DNA from: Eledone cirrhosa
Lineage: Eukaryota
Length of the DNA stretch: 64,000 nucleotides
Reading direction: 5' to 3'
Assembly: GCA_964016885.1 (NCBI GenBank)
Contig: OZ024755.1
Location: 41,726,001-41,790,000, forward strand
Shown: positions 1 through 12,911 of the stretch, one piece after another
Numbering within the stretch: the first letter of the stretch is position 1
How the letters are laid out: every line of letters starts with the position of its first letter
Made by a program: the position numbers and the translations under genes
Notes under the pieces: model-generated
Told to the model about the DNA's origin: nothing
What the model saw: only the letters and a program-made list of their open reading frames with translations
Databases searched by the model: none

Positions 1-46
<46 letters not shown>

Positions 47-330
47 ATATGTGTATATAGATGTGTATGTATGTGTATGTGTGTACACATGAACTAGAGT
101 ATGTATGTATATATGTGTGTGTCTATACGTGTGTATATAAAGATAAGTTGAGTATGAAAATGTATACACATGAGCGCGTATGTATGTACATGAATACATG
201 TGTGTATATATGTGAGTATGCATGTGTATATATATGTAAGTATGAATATGTGAATTGTGAGTATATGTATTTTGTAGAGGTGTGCAAATATATTTGTGTG
301 TGAATGCGTGGGTGAAAGGATACGTACACT

Positions 331-869
331 TGAAAGAAAAATTTAAGTCTGAATGTTAATTAAGTGCAAACACAAAACCAACCACGCATATCTTTACTAT
401 CTCTAATCCTTCTATAGATTTAGAAAAATAACCAATAATATATTCTATAAAAAATGTCAAAACAACAGATGGGAATCTAATTACTCACTGCCACCAAGAA
501 TTCTCACTGCTATCGAAAAACCACTCCTTCAACTATTCTTCTAACAACTTCACCCCTCCCTCCTAATATTCTCTATAAAAACTAAATAGGTCCTCAGTAA
601 TATTATTCTGATGAAATGACAGTAAATAATAACATTGAAATATTGAATGTCTGCATAACTAAAAGTTTGTAGATAGCAGCTGTTTTAGGTTATGTAACTG
701 TTATAGAAACACGTGTCAATAAATTCCTTTCAACTAAACTGTATCCATTCAAATCTTTCTATTTTTCTCCGGATTACTTTTGGAACTACAACTGGAACCG
801 TCGAGCAAACTCTACGTGAGCTGATAATCTACTGTGTGTAATATTTATATTACAACACAACGGAAAATA

Positions 870-872
<3 letters not shown>
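331..872 (+). mobile_element. Decayed 3' end of a Penelope-like element with a degenerate hammerhead-like motif
   Basis: Frameshifted 'KSE..IKCKHK' remnant at ~345-375 resembles the C-terminus of the GIY-YIG ORFs at 2249 and 54785. CTGATGA-AATG..CATT-GAAA at 608-640 has G at the cleavage position. Ends in (TA)n. Confidence 0.4.
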
Positions 873-918
<46 letters not shown>

Positions 919-1052
919 CATACGCTACTTGGCAAATAACAATATGTATCACCTATCCTCCCCTTTTTTTCTCTCTCTCGATACGTAAATACTGTATATA
1001 TATATATTAAAATACAAATATTAATAAAATAGATGTTCTTTTGATCAATTAA

Positions 1053-1105
1053 ATTTTATTATACATATTTCAGAGGTACAACAGTACGTCCTCATCAGAC
1101 AAAAT
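1053..1105 (-). ncRNA. Type I hammerhead ribozyme (minimal)
   Basis: Reverse-complement copy of the 1482-1534 motif. Confidence 0.8.
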
Positions 1106-1481
1106 ATAATGATACATGACATACCCTGAGATGTTAAATGGTTAAGATTTAATCAAGGTAGTGATTAACCTAAGAGAAAACTCAACATTTATACCCTAAT
1201 AGTGAGAAAATGCGAAAACGTAATAAATTCAATAGAGAATGTGTGAGTAAGAAAGACGTTGGATAATGTGACAGCTATAGAGATTTTAAAATGTAGGATA
1301 CTACAAGTTATGGTTATCTAGGAAAACATCTCATGGATTATAACTGTCCATGAAGTCAGCTGAAAGAGGATTTAAAGAGATTAATTTAAAGGGTATAAAT
1401 GTTGAATTTTCTCTTAGGTTAATCACTACCTTGATTAAATCTTAACCATTTAACATCTCAGGGTATGTCATGTATCATCAT

Positions 1482-1534
1482 ATTTTGTCTGATGAGGACG
1501 TACTGTTGTACCTCTGAAATATGTATAATAAAAT
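1482..1534 (+). ncRNA. Type I hammerhead ribozyme (minimal)
   Basis: ATTTTGT-CTGATGA-ggacGTACtgttGTACctct-GAAA-TATGTA-TA-ATAAAAT: 7-bp stem I, intact core, near-palindromic stem III, AUA cleavage triplet. Confidence 0.8.
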
Positions 1535-1674
1535 TTAATTGATCAAAAGAACATCTATTTTATTAATATTTGTATTTTAATATTAATAACTCTGAAAAAA
1601 TTATTTTTTGTAGAGTGCTTCCAATCTACTGTAAAACTCATTCTTTGATATACTCATTGAATCTTGTTTAACTC

Positions 1675-1754
<80 letters not shown>

Positions 1755-1790
1755 GAGTTAAACAAGATTCAATGAGTATATAAAAAAAAA

Positions 1791-2045
1791 ATATATAACA
1801 CCACTGACGATGTTGCAGATGTGCAACGAAAGATTTATGTAAATTATGTAAACTATATATATGTGTTTGTGTCTATATTGTATCTGTATTATTTTTGACC
1901 GTCGGTCAGTCAATGGCAACATTGAGGACCGAGTAAGTTAGATCGCAGATATAAAAGACAGCGAGAAGCGAAAACCAACCAAACAGTGAGTGTGTTCTGT
2001 TATTAATTCTGGCAATATTACGCAAATATGACCCTCCCCAAGTAT

Positions 2046-2050
<5 letters not shown>
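1791..2050 (+). mobile_element. Solo PLE pseudo-LTR with hammerhead-like core
   Basis: Near-identical to 41414-41670, which follows a GIY-YIG ORF. CTGACGA-t-GTTGCAgatgTGCAAC-GAAA at 1804-1831, stem I weak. Ends in (TA)n. Confidence 0.7.
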
Positions 2051-2080
<30 letters not shown>

Positions 2081-2248
2081 TAAAATGGAAAAGAAAATGC
2101 TGACAAATTTTTCCAAGTGAAAAATAGTTTAATTAGGAATAAGTATAAATTAGTAATAAGTATTGGTTAGTATTCAGTTTTAGTTTTAAGTTTTTACGGG
2201 TTGCGCATTTCTAATGCTTTTCAAAAATAATTTTGAGATAGAGCGCTC

Positions 2249-2776
2249 GTGCCGGCGGAACAACACCCTGAGAATCCTGAGAGGGCCCTAGCAGATCGAG
2301 GGCCAAGCGTCAGAAGCGAACGAAGTAACAACAGAACATGTAACTGCAGAACGTGCACCCAGTGCCCCCTACAGGGAAAATGCCTGACGAAGGAACTGAT
2401 ATATAATTGTGTGATTAGAACCCAAAATATAAATCGCACCTACATCGGCGCAACATCCACGACCTTTAAATCGCAGATGTATAACCACACGAATTCCTTC
2501 AAGGAACGTAGCAAGAGGCACTCCACTAGGTTAGCGGACCTGGTGTGGGACCTGAAAGACCAAGGCACCCCGTACGCCCTTGAATGGATTATCGTTCGGC
2601 ATGCGAGGGCATACCCGGCTGGAAGTAGAAAGTGCCGATTATGCCTATACGAGGCCATGGAGATAGTTAGACTGAAGGATGATGCGGTCAACCTGAAGTC
2701 TAAAATTATCATGACCTGCAGACACCAGAGAGAGTGCACATTCGCCGCATGGAATCCTCCGGGAAGCCCAGGCTAA
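2249..2776 (+). pseudogene. PLE GIY-YIG endonuclease fragment, Hydra-clade-like, 5'-truncated
   Basis: CNCx5CPLxGKC linker, LIY...YIG, FKxxxxNH, KCRLCLYE and terminal CRH motifs. Confidence 0.85.
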
Positions 2777-3150
2777 GGGCATGCGACAGAGCACACACAG
2801 ACCTGAGCGACGAAACGGGTTTAAGGGACCTGACAACATACCCTTGATGACATTATATGCCGCGTGGGGTAAACCAAAATAACCCAAGATGCACACCTGA
2901 CTACGCACGTCACCTTAGGCAGGTACATCGTCTACGCCGGGATAGACTGACCCGGATTCCACGGTCGTTCAGTCAAGTACCCTACACATATAGGACAACA
3001 CACCCCACCCACAGTAACATACCCCAATATGACCGGGCTACGCGCCCCCATGAATGTGTACATCTTCAATTGTGAATACATACTCTCCACGTGTTCCACT
3101 TTTGAACACTTATTATTGTTTGTTCTGTACACAGACCTAAGTGTGCATCT

Positions 3151-6119
3151 CATACTCTCCACGTGTGGTATATCATACTCTCCATGTGTGGTATATCATA
3201 CTCTCCACGTGTGGTATATCATACTCCCCACGTGTGGTATATCATACTCTCCATGTGTGGTATATCATACTCCCCACGTGTGGTATATCATACTCCCCAC
3301 GTGTGGTATATCATACTCTCCATGTGTGGTATATCATACTCTCCACGTGTGGTATATCATACTCCCCACGTGTGGTATATCATACTCTCCATGTGTGGTA
3401 TATCATACTCCCCACGTGTGGTATATCATACTCCCCACGTGTGGTATATCATACTCTCCATGTGTGGTATATCATACTCTCCACGTGTGGTATATCATAC
3501 TCCCCACGTGTGGTATATCATACTCTCCATGTGTGGTATATCATACTCTCCACGTGTGGTATATCATACTCCCCACGTGTGGTATATCATACTCCCCACG
3601 TGTGGTATATCATACTCTCCATGTGTGGTATATCATACTCTCCACGTGTGGTATATCATACTCTCCATGTGTGGTATATCATACTCCCCACGTGTGGTAT
3701 ATCATACTCCCCACGTGTGGTATATCATACTCCCCACGTGTGGTATATCATACTCCCCACGTGTGGTATATCATACTCCCCACGTGTGGTATATCATACT
3801 CTCCATGTGTGGTATATCATACTCTCCACGTGTGGTATATCATACTCCCCACGTGTGGTATATCATACTCTCCATGTGTGGTATATCATACTCTCCACGT
3901 GTGGTATATCATACTCTCCATGTGTGGTATATCATACTCCCCACGTGTGGTATATCATACTCCCCACGTGTGGTATATCATACTCTCCATGTGTGGTATA
4001 TCATACTCTCCATGTGTGGTATATCATACTCTCCACGTGTGGTATATCATACTCCCCACGTGTGGTATATCATACTCTCCATGTGTGGTATATCATACTC
4101 CCCACGTGTGGTATATCATACTCCCCACGTGTGGTATATCATACTCTCCATGTGTGGTATATCATACTCTCCATGTGTGGTATATCATACTCCCCACGTG
4201 TGGTATATCATACTCTCCATGTGTGGTATATCATACTCTCCATGTGTGGTATATCATACTCCCCACGGGTGGTATATCATACTCCCCACGTGTGGTATAT
4301 CATACTCTCCACGTGTGGTATATCATACTCCCCACGTGTGGTATATCATACTCCCCATGTGTGGTATATCATACTCCCCACGTGTGGTATATCATACTCC
4401 CCACGTGTGGTATATCATACTCCCCATGTGTGGTATATCATACTCTCCACGTGTGGTATATCATACTCCCCACGTGTGGTATATCATACTCTCCACGTGT
4501 GGTATATCATACTCTCCATGTGTGGTATATCATACTCTCCATGTGTGGTATATCATACTCCCCACGGGTGGTATATCATACTCTCCATGTGTGGTATATC
4601 ATACTCTCCACGTGTGGTATATCATACTCTCCATGTGTGGTATATCATACTCTCCACGTGTGGTATATCATACTCTCCACGTGTGGTATATCATACTCTC
4701 CATGTGTGGTATATCATACTCTCCATGTGTGGTATATCATACTCTCCACGTGTGGTATATCATACTCTCCATGTGTGGTATATCATACTATCCATGTGTG
4801 GTATATCATACTCCCCACGGGTGGTATATCATACTCTCCATGTGTGGTATATCATACTCTCCACGTGTGGTATATCATACTATCCATGTGTGGTATATCA
4901 TACTCCCCATGTGTGGTATATCATACTCTCCACGTGTGGTATATCATACTCCCCACGTGTGGTATATCATACTCTCCACGTGTGGTATATCATACTCTCC
5001 ACGTGTGGTATATCATACTCTCCATGTGTGGTATATCATACTCCCCACGTGTGGTATATCATACTCCCCATGTGTGGTATATCATACTCCCCACGTGTGG
5101 TATATCATACTCCCCACGTGTGGTATATCATACTCTCCACGTGTGGTATATCATACTCTCCATGTGTGGTATATCATACTCTCCACGTGTGGTATATCAT
5201 ACTCTCCACGTGTGGTATATCATACTCTCCATGTGTGGTATATCATACTCTCCATGTGTGGTATATCATACTCTCCATGTGTGGTATATCATACTCTCCA
5301 TGTGTGGTATATCATACTCCCCACGTGTGGTATATCATACTCTCCATGTGTGGTATATCATACTCTCCATGTGTGGTATATCATACTCTCCATGTGTGGT
5401 ATATCATACTCTCCATGTGTGGTATATCATACTCTCCATGTGTGGTATATCATACTCTCCATGTGTGGTATATCATACTCCCCACGTGTGGTATATCATA
5501 CTCTCCACGTGTGGTATATCATACTCCCCACGTGTGGTATATCATACTCTCCATGTGTGGTATATCATACTCTCCACGTGTGGTATATCATACTCCCCAC
5601 GTGTGGTATATCATACTCTCCATGTGTGGTATATCATACTCTCCATGTGTGGTATATCATACTCTCCACGTGTGGTATATCATACTCCCCACGTGTGGTA
5701 TATCATACTCTCCACGTGTGGTATATCATACTCCCCACGTGTGGTATATCATACTCTCCACGTGTGGTATATCATACTCCCCACGTGTGGTATATCATAC
5801 TCTCCATGTGTGGTATATCATACTCCCCATGTGTGGTATATCATACTCTCCATGTGTGGTATATCATACTCCCCACGTGTGGTATATCATACTCTCCATG
5901 TGTGGTATATCATACTCTCCATGTGTGGTATATCATACTCTCCATGTGTGGTATATCATACTCTCCACGTGTGGTATATCATACTCCCCACGTGTGGTAT
6001 ATCATACTCTCCACGTGTGGTATATCATACTCCCCACGTGTGGTATATCATACTCTCCACGTGTGGTATATCATACTCCCCACGTGTGGTATATCATACT
6101 CTCCACGTGTGGTATATCA
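3151..6119. repeat. 23-bp satellite, ~129 copies
   Basis: Unit TCATACTC(T/C)CCA(C/T)GTGTGGTATA. The three overlapping ~1000-aa ORFs are 23-aa periodic artefacts. Confidence 0.98.
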
Positions 6120-6224
6120 CATGAATACTTGTACCCCCCCTTTTTAAATATATATCTCTATGTGACGTCATATGCATATTTTAATGTATTTTAATATATC
6201 GTAAATTTATTTTATTGTTTTTAT

Positions 6225-7310
6225 ATGTGTGTGTATATGCGTAGACCTGTGCGTATGTATATGTATGTGTGTGTGTGTATGTAGATATATTTATATATAT
6301 ATGTGTGTGTATGTGTGTGTGTATGTGTATGTGCATATATATGTGTGTGTATATATATATATATATATATGTGTATATATGTGTGTATATGTATATATAT
6401 ATATATATATATATGTATATGTGTATATGTATATATATTTGTATGTGTGTGTACGTGTGTGTATATATACGTATATGTTACGGGAATGTGTATGGATGGA
6501 TTATATATTTATTTTATTGTATATTTATTTTATTATATATCTATCTATTATACTGTATATTATATTATTATTTTACTGTATATTGTACATTTATTTTACT
6601 GTTTTTATATGTGTATATGTGTAAACATATGTGTGTATGTACATATACATATGTACATGTGTGTGTATATGTGTGTATGTATATATATATAAATATGGGT
6701 GTGTGTATGCATTTATATATATATATATATATGTAACTATGTGTGTGTATGTATATATCCGGGAGAGATGACCCCTTAGCTTTTGTCAAGGCAGAATTCT
6801 GGGAGAAGGAAAACTCTGATATAACACCTGCAACCCTGATGGTATCCAATGATGTTGACTTGTTCTTCTTTTTGGTAAATATCATCTTGGTTAAGAGAGT
6901 GGGACTGGCTTTGTGCAGTGCCTTTGCTCACTATAAAAGCTTCACGGCACAGGCATTGCTTTATATCTGGAGATCTCTCTGCACTTGTCATCACATGGTA
7001 TCATGGGCCCAGCACTATGTGTCAATAATTGTCACAAGTGTAGTGTTTGTACCAGAGATTTCAAGTCGCTGGCTGGACTAAAAAGTCACTCGTTCAGCGC
7101 ATTGGTAGGGGTCCTCCTACATGGATATAATGTAGTGGCCGTACTCGGAAACGAGTTGGCACCACCATATGTATATATATATATGTATATATGTGTGTAT
7201 GTGTATATGTATATATATATATATGTATGTGTGTATGTGCGTATATATATATGTACATGTGTGTGTATATGTGTGTATGTATATATATATATAAATATGG
7301 GTGTGTATGC

Positions 7311-7371
<61 letters not shown>

Positions 7372-7433
7372 ACTATGTGTGTGTGTGTATATATGTGTGT
7401 ATATGTATATATATGTATATATGTGTGTATATG

Positions 7434-7464
<31 letters not shown>

Positions 7465-7638
7465 GTGCATTTGGTACGTGAATGTGTATGGATGCATGTA
7501 TAAGATTATAATCCGTGCATGTGTAAAAGAAGTTACTTTTAAGTTATGACGTTAAATGCATAATTTAGTATATGGTAGGTTTTTCTTATAGATGTGTATG
7601 TACGTTTATATGTGAGTGTGTATGTGTACAGATGTGTA

Positions 7639-7673
<35 letters not shown>

Positions 7674-7703
7674 AGTGTGTGTGTGTATGTGTACAGATGT
7701 GTA

Positions 7704-7787
<84 letters not shown>

Positions 7788-8139
7788 TGTGTGTGTATAT
7801 ATGTATGTGTATGTATATATATTTATATATATATACACTTATTTTTTTATATTTGCCTACTTATTTATTTATTTATTTATTTATATGTGTGTATGTATAC
7901 TTGCATGTATGTGTATGGACATATGTGTATGGTTACATGGTTTATATTTGTGCATGTATAACAGGATGCATCCTTCCATGGATGACCCTGTATGACCTTT
8001 TGTACAGATTTATATGACTGTGAGTATATCACATTGGGGTAAGGACAGAGATATATACATGTGTGCGTGTATCTTCTTAGTGGATGTACGTGGACAGGCG
8101 GGTAATTGGGCGCGTATTTGTTGGAATGTATATGAGCCA

Positions 8140-8220
<81 letters not shown>

Positions 8221-8870
8221 TGTGGGTGTCTGTGGGTGTGTGTGTGTGTATGTGTGTGTATGTGCACCTACATATGGTAGGGTGTGTTTGTATGTTTATG
8301 TGCGTGTACATATACATATGTGTAGATATATATACATGTGTGTATGTGTATGTATGTGCACCTACATAGGGTAGGGTGTGTTTGTATGTTTATGTGCGTG
8401 TACATATACATATGTGTAGATATATATACATGTGTGTATGTATGTGTGTATGTGTGTCTGTGTCTTTGGAAGCGTCTCTGTCTTTGTGTCTATCAATAAG
8501 GGCAGGCGTGTGTGTGCGTGTGTGTGTCTATGTATATGTCTGTGCGTTTTTGTATATATGTGCAGATGTACGCGAACGCTGACGTGTCCTTGTGTGCGTG
8601 TACGTGTGTGTGTGCGTGTTAGCGCGTGTGCGTGCGTGTGAGACCGGATGTATGGGGGTATATGGGGGTATATAGGCATGCGCCAGTAGACGTGTGTATT
8701 GGTGTGATTATATGTGGGTGTGTGTAAGAGAGGGAGTGTGTGTATATGGGTGTGTATATCTATATATGTGTGCGTACATATGCGTATGCATATATAGGTA
8801 TGTGTCTGCGTGTGTGCGTATGTGTATGTTATTTATATGTGTGTGTGTATGTGTGGGTATATATTTGTGA
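6225..8870. repeat. Compound (TA)n/(TG)n microsatellite field
   Basis: Direct inspection. Similar fields at 1-330, 16380-18380, 28515-28748 and 29770-30238. Confidence 0.95.
6759..7166 (+). mobile_element. Short RTE-derived non-autonomous element, 5'-truncated
   Basis: Highly similar to the reverse complement of 43738-44147. Has GGAGAAGGAAAACTCTGA and a Cxx[10 protein letters not shown] zinc-finger remnant. Confidence 0.75.
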
Positions 8871-9623
8871 GTGTGAGCGGACTTGTGAGATACCAAACCC
8901 AGCATGAGTCCATTGAAGTGTGTCGGACGGAGAGTAGCTGATGGCCAGTGTGGCAGCAAATATTGACCAGAATTTATGATGACGTAGAAAAACAACAGCC
9001 AATAGCAAGACAAGAGTGGAAGATGTTTTTTGAAGGTGTTGTTTGAAGCTAACACCCCAGTGAGAAAATTTTCCCCGAAAGCATTGCATGTGTCCGAAGA
9101 ACTTCGTCTCGAGCTATCTGCCGGTGAAACAATTGTAACACACAATAAATTGAGTCTAGATGCATCACTGATTTTTCGTTTTATATATATATAGCCCTGC
9201 CTTTCCACATGTGCGTTTTATTTTTTATAATCACGCATATTTTAAATTACCTTTTTGGAATATTAATCTGTGAGAATCTTGTTTATCGAGTTGAGCTCTG
9301 CTGAGGATCGAATTCCAACCGTGACCATCTCCACTGAAAGTTTTCGTGAAATAGTCTTTAAGACTATACAGAGCATTTGAAGTTTTTCCAAATTGAAGGA
9401 TGAATATTTTAAACTTTATTTTATCATGAGTTAAGGCTCTATTGATTTTTCCCTGGATTTCATTAAATTCTGTGGATGAATCTATATCCTGATTCTCTTT
9501 GAGATGAGTTTGAATTATTTTTCCTACATCTTACGTTAACTATTTTTCCCATTTTGACGCTATAATCACTTATATATTATGGAATACTGTTGGCTTTTCG
9601 CTACAATGTTTTCTATACCTTTC

Positions 9624-9695
<72 letters not shown>

Positions 9696-9709
9696 GATAT
9701 ATATATGTA

Positions 9710-9751
<42 letters not shown>

Positions 9752-10111
9752 GATTTACACGCGTGAGCACACACACACACACAGATCTTAAACATTTATA
9801 ACATTTGCAATAGATATGGCCTTATTTGAAATTGAGCGACGCCTATTGAACTAGAGTAAAATAGACAACACTTATAGTATTTTGCGTTTCACTTTCAAAC
9901 ACAACTGAGTGAGGGAAGATAAAGAAAGCTCCTCCAGGCAAGACAATATTCATATTACATGTAAAGTTATATCAGGAAGAAACACAATCATGTTTAATAG
10001 AAATAGTTTTGTTGTAGACAACAAATAATATTCGGAAAAATTGCGTGGTCAATATATCAAATTATCCCGAAGTGGAAATAATTTAAACTACAGCGAAAGA
10101 AAATAGTTAAG

Positions 10112-10588
10112 TCATATTTTATAGGTAAGGGATGATGTCCTATTTTATAGGTAAGGAATAATGTCCTATCTAATAGGTTAGTGATAATGTCATATTTTAT
10201 AGGTAAGGGATGATGTCCTATTTTATAGGTAAGGGATGATGTCCTATCTAATAGGTTAGTGATAATGTCATATTTTTTAGGTAAGTGATAATGTCCTATT
10301 TTATAGGTAAGGGATGATGTCCTATTTTATAGGTAAGGGATGATGTCATATTTTATAGGTAAGTGATGATGTCGCATTTTATAGGTAAGTGATGATGTCG
10401 CATTTTATAGGTAAGTGATGATGTCCTATCTAATAGGTAAGGGATGATGTCATATTTTATAGGTAAGTGATGATGTCCTATCTAATAGGTTAATGATAAT
10501 GTCCTATTTTATAGGTAAGTGATGATGTCCTATTTTATAGGTTAGTGATAATGTCCTATTTTATAGGTTAGTGACAATCTCCTATTTA
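10112..10588. repeat. 26-bp minisatellite, ~18 copies
   Basis: Unit TATTTTATAGGTAAG(G/T)GATGATGTCC. Confidence 0.95.
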
Positions 10589-10929
10589 ATAAATGTTGCA
10601 AATCTTGCCTTTCTTCTTCACAGCTTAGTCAAAAATAAATGGTCAGAATGCTTGCAATAGGACAAGTTCTGCTAAAACCATGCGAGGACTAGATGTTAGA
10701 GTAAAACTAGGTGACGTATTTAATCCACTGCCCCAAAACTGTTTCCTTATACCAAATTTCATTCACAATGTTTTGGTCGATCCAAGACTATGCTACAAGA
10801 CAATTGTCAAAGATAAACCCAATGGAATCGAACGAGGAAACAGGTAGTTGCAAAGTGAACTTCTTAATCACACAACCATACCATGCATGTATGGTCTCGT
10901 AACTCCTGCTGGAGTCGCAGGGGCAACGT

Positions 10930-11223
10930 ACTGACATACAGCAGTTCTATGGCATTTTAAAACCTGGCGGAGCCCATCCTTCTCCAAGTCCGAACTCAGC
11001 AGATGTCTTCCAGAGAAGGATAGAAAGTGAGAGAAAAGAAGTGAAAAAGAGATATAGATGAACAATCAACCCCAGTATTAGACTGGTACTTTTTTATCGA
11101 CCTTAAATGGATGAAAGGTAAAGTTGGCCTCGGCGGAATTTGAACTCAGAAAGTAGAGAGCCGGAAGGAATAGCACAAATCCTTCTATCCGACACTCTAG
11201 TGACTCTGCCAATTCGGTCCCCT
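10930..11223 (-). mobile_element. tRNA-head SINE with extended tail
   Basis: B box GAGTTCAAATTC and core GGTCGATAAAAAAGTACCAG on the minus strand; tail shared with 49707-49838. Confidence 0.8.
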
Positions 11224-11437
11224 CTCTTTAACTATAATACCACTTCAACGAGTTGGTACACAGCAATATGAAATACAGTACAATTTTTTGCTTGACACTA
11301 TTTCTCTGGCTTACTCACATTGTTCGCTTGTGTGGCATTGAGCACACTGTACCCCTCATTACTGCTTTTATCTCTCTTTTATCTTCGATTAGTTTGTATG
11401 CATAATTTATATATATATATATTATTATTTCTGGCAA

Positions 11438-11622
11438 GGGTGGTGGATTGGCAGTATCGGTAGAGGGTCGGACGCCATGCTTTCCAGCATAGTTACGTCC
11501 CTTTACGATCTGAGTTCAAATCCCGCCGAGGTTGACTTTGCCTTTCATCCTTACGGGGTCGATAAAATAAAGTACCAGTAATGCACTGGGTAATTGCTGG
11601 CCTTGTGCCTAAAGTAGAAACA
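11438..11622 (+). mobile_element. Full-length tRNA-head SINE (Nin-type core) with 14-bp TSD
   Basis: A box TGGCAGTATCGG, B box GAGTTCAAATCC, core GGTCGATAAAATAAAGTACCAG. TSD ATTATTTCTGGCAA on both sides. The target is a tail fragment of the 1791-type pLTR. Confidence 0.9.
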
Positions 11623-11669
11623 ATTATTTCTGGCAATATTATTACAACAATATGACCCTCCCCGAGTAT

Positions 11670-11724
<55 letters not shown>

Positions 11725-12083
11725 TTAACGACATCACAACTTTCTCCGCTTGGCCTGTTTCCCCCCTTTTGGAATTTTCCCCCGTTGATGGGTGTGAGCC
11801 CGAAATATTGGGATTAAATATCTACTACGGTAACCCTTCTACCTTTGTTTTGTTTTCATCTTTCACTTTCACCTGTTTTTCCTATCTATATTTCACTTCC
11901 TACCTCGAGATTTCCCTTTGCATTGTTGTGGCTTTCTTAAATACGTATTTTTACACATTTCACAATGCTTCAAGCAAACTTTAACACCCTCTTATATATA
12001 TATATATATATAAATCAAGGTTTAGCAAATAAGGAAAAAGTTTCAAAATAAATTTTAAAAAATTAACATTACTTACTATAGTT

Positions 12084-12167
12084 ACCTTTACCGAATCGGT
12101 TTCGAATCTCAAAAATAAACGGAGTCCATACGGCCTTCGTTGCAAAGAAAGATTCTCGTCAGAAGGT
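12084..12167 (-). ncRNA. Type I hammerhead ribozyme with 4-bp stem III and long stem II
   Basis: Minus strand ACCTT-CTGACGA-GAATCT...AGATTC-GAAA-CCGattCGG-TA-AAGGT; canonical G10.1-C11.1 pair and GUA triplet. Confidence 0.88.
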
Positions 12168-12314
12168 TCTTTACATTCGAAGAATATAAAATTCTCGAAC
12201 TTAAATTACAAACTGGCGCCTTGTGCGTGTAGGAACACATATTCTATTATATATATATATATACATTTATTAAAATAACAGATTACGGTTCTTATATATT
12301 TGATATATATTTAT

Positions 12315-12507
12315 CTATGCTAGCAAATATATCACGTAGGTTTTGTCTTAGTAACTTTGTGGTTCAATGCAAGGGGATACAGAACAATTATATGAAAGAC
12401 TTTATTTTTATAATTTTCTTATTTTACGTCTTTCATATAATTGTTCTGCACCCCCTTGCATTGAACCACAAAGTTACTAAGACAAACCTATATATTTGCT
12501 AGCATAG
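12315..12507. repeat. Fold-back inverted repeat
   Basis: Arms 12315-12400 and 12428-12507, AT-rich 27-nt spacer. Confidence 0.9.
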
Positions 12508-12698
12508 GTATGCATCTGTATATATATGTTGGTAGATATACTAATTCTTTATAATTATCTCCAAATTATTTTGTTCATTAAAAATTTGCCAAAACTGGCA
12601 AATAAATAAATAAGTAGGCAAATATAAAAAATAAAAAATAAGTGTATATATATATATAAATATATATACATACACATACATATATACACACACACACA

Positions 12699-12820
<122 letters not shown>

Positions 12821-12845
12821 CACATATATATATACATATATAAAT

Positions 12846-12908
<63 letters not shown>

Positions 12909-12911
<3 letters not shown>

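Larger units (their letters stand above)
1004..1680. mobile_element. Non-coding fold-back PLE pseudo-LTR element
   Basis: ~194-bp inverted arms 1004-1197 and 1390-1583, each with a hammerhead; ~95-bp tail to 1680; bounded by (TA)n on both sides. Confidence 0.8.

Noticed and set aside
2195-2256. Minus-strand GAAA-TGCGCA palindrome upstream of the GIY-YIG ORF
   Set aside because: No intact CTGANGA or UH; cannot be supported as a ribozyme.
3029-6194. Three ~1000-aa ORFs
   Set aside because: Stop-free translation of a 23-bp satellite in all three frames; no protein features.
9296-9350. CTGAGGA...GAAA hammerhead-like spacing
   Set aside because: No convincing stem I or stem II, although 9505-9590 recurs inverted at 21301-21383.
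11438-11530. tRNA gene
   Set aside because: A and B boxes are present but there is no cloverleaf; it continues into a SINE core and has a TSD.
11775-11815. GGGT-GTGA-GCCC-GAAA-TATT hairpin resembling a hammerhead
   Set aside because: The CTGANGA box is absent (GTTGAT); at best a dead remnant.
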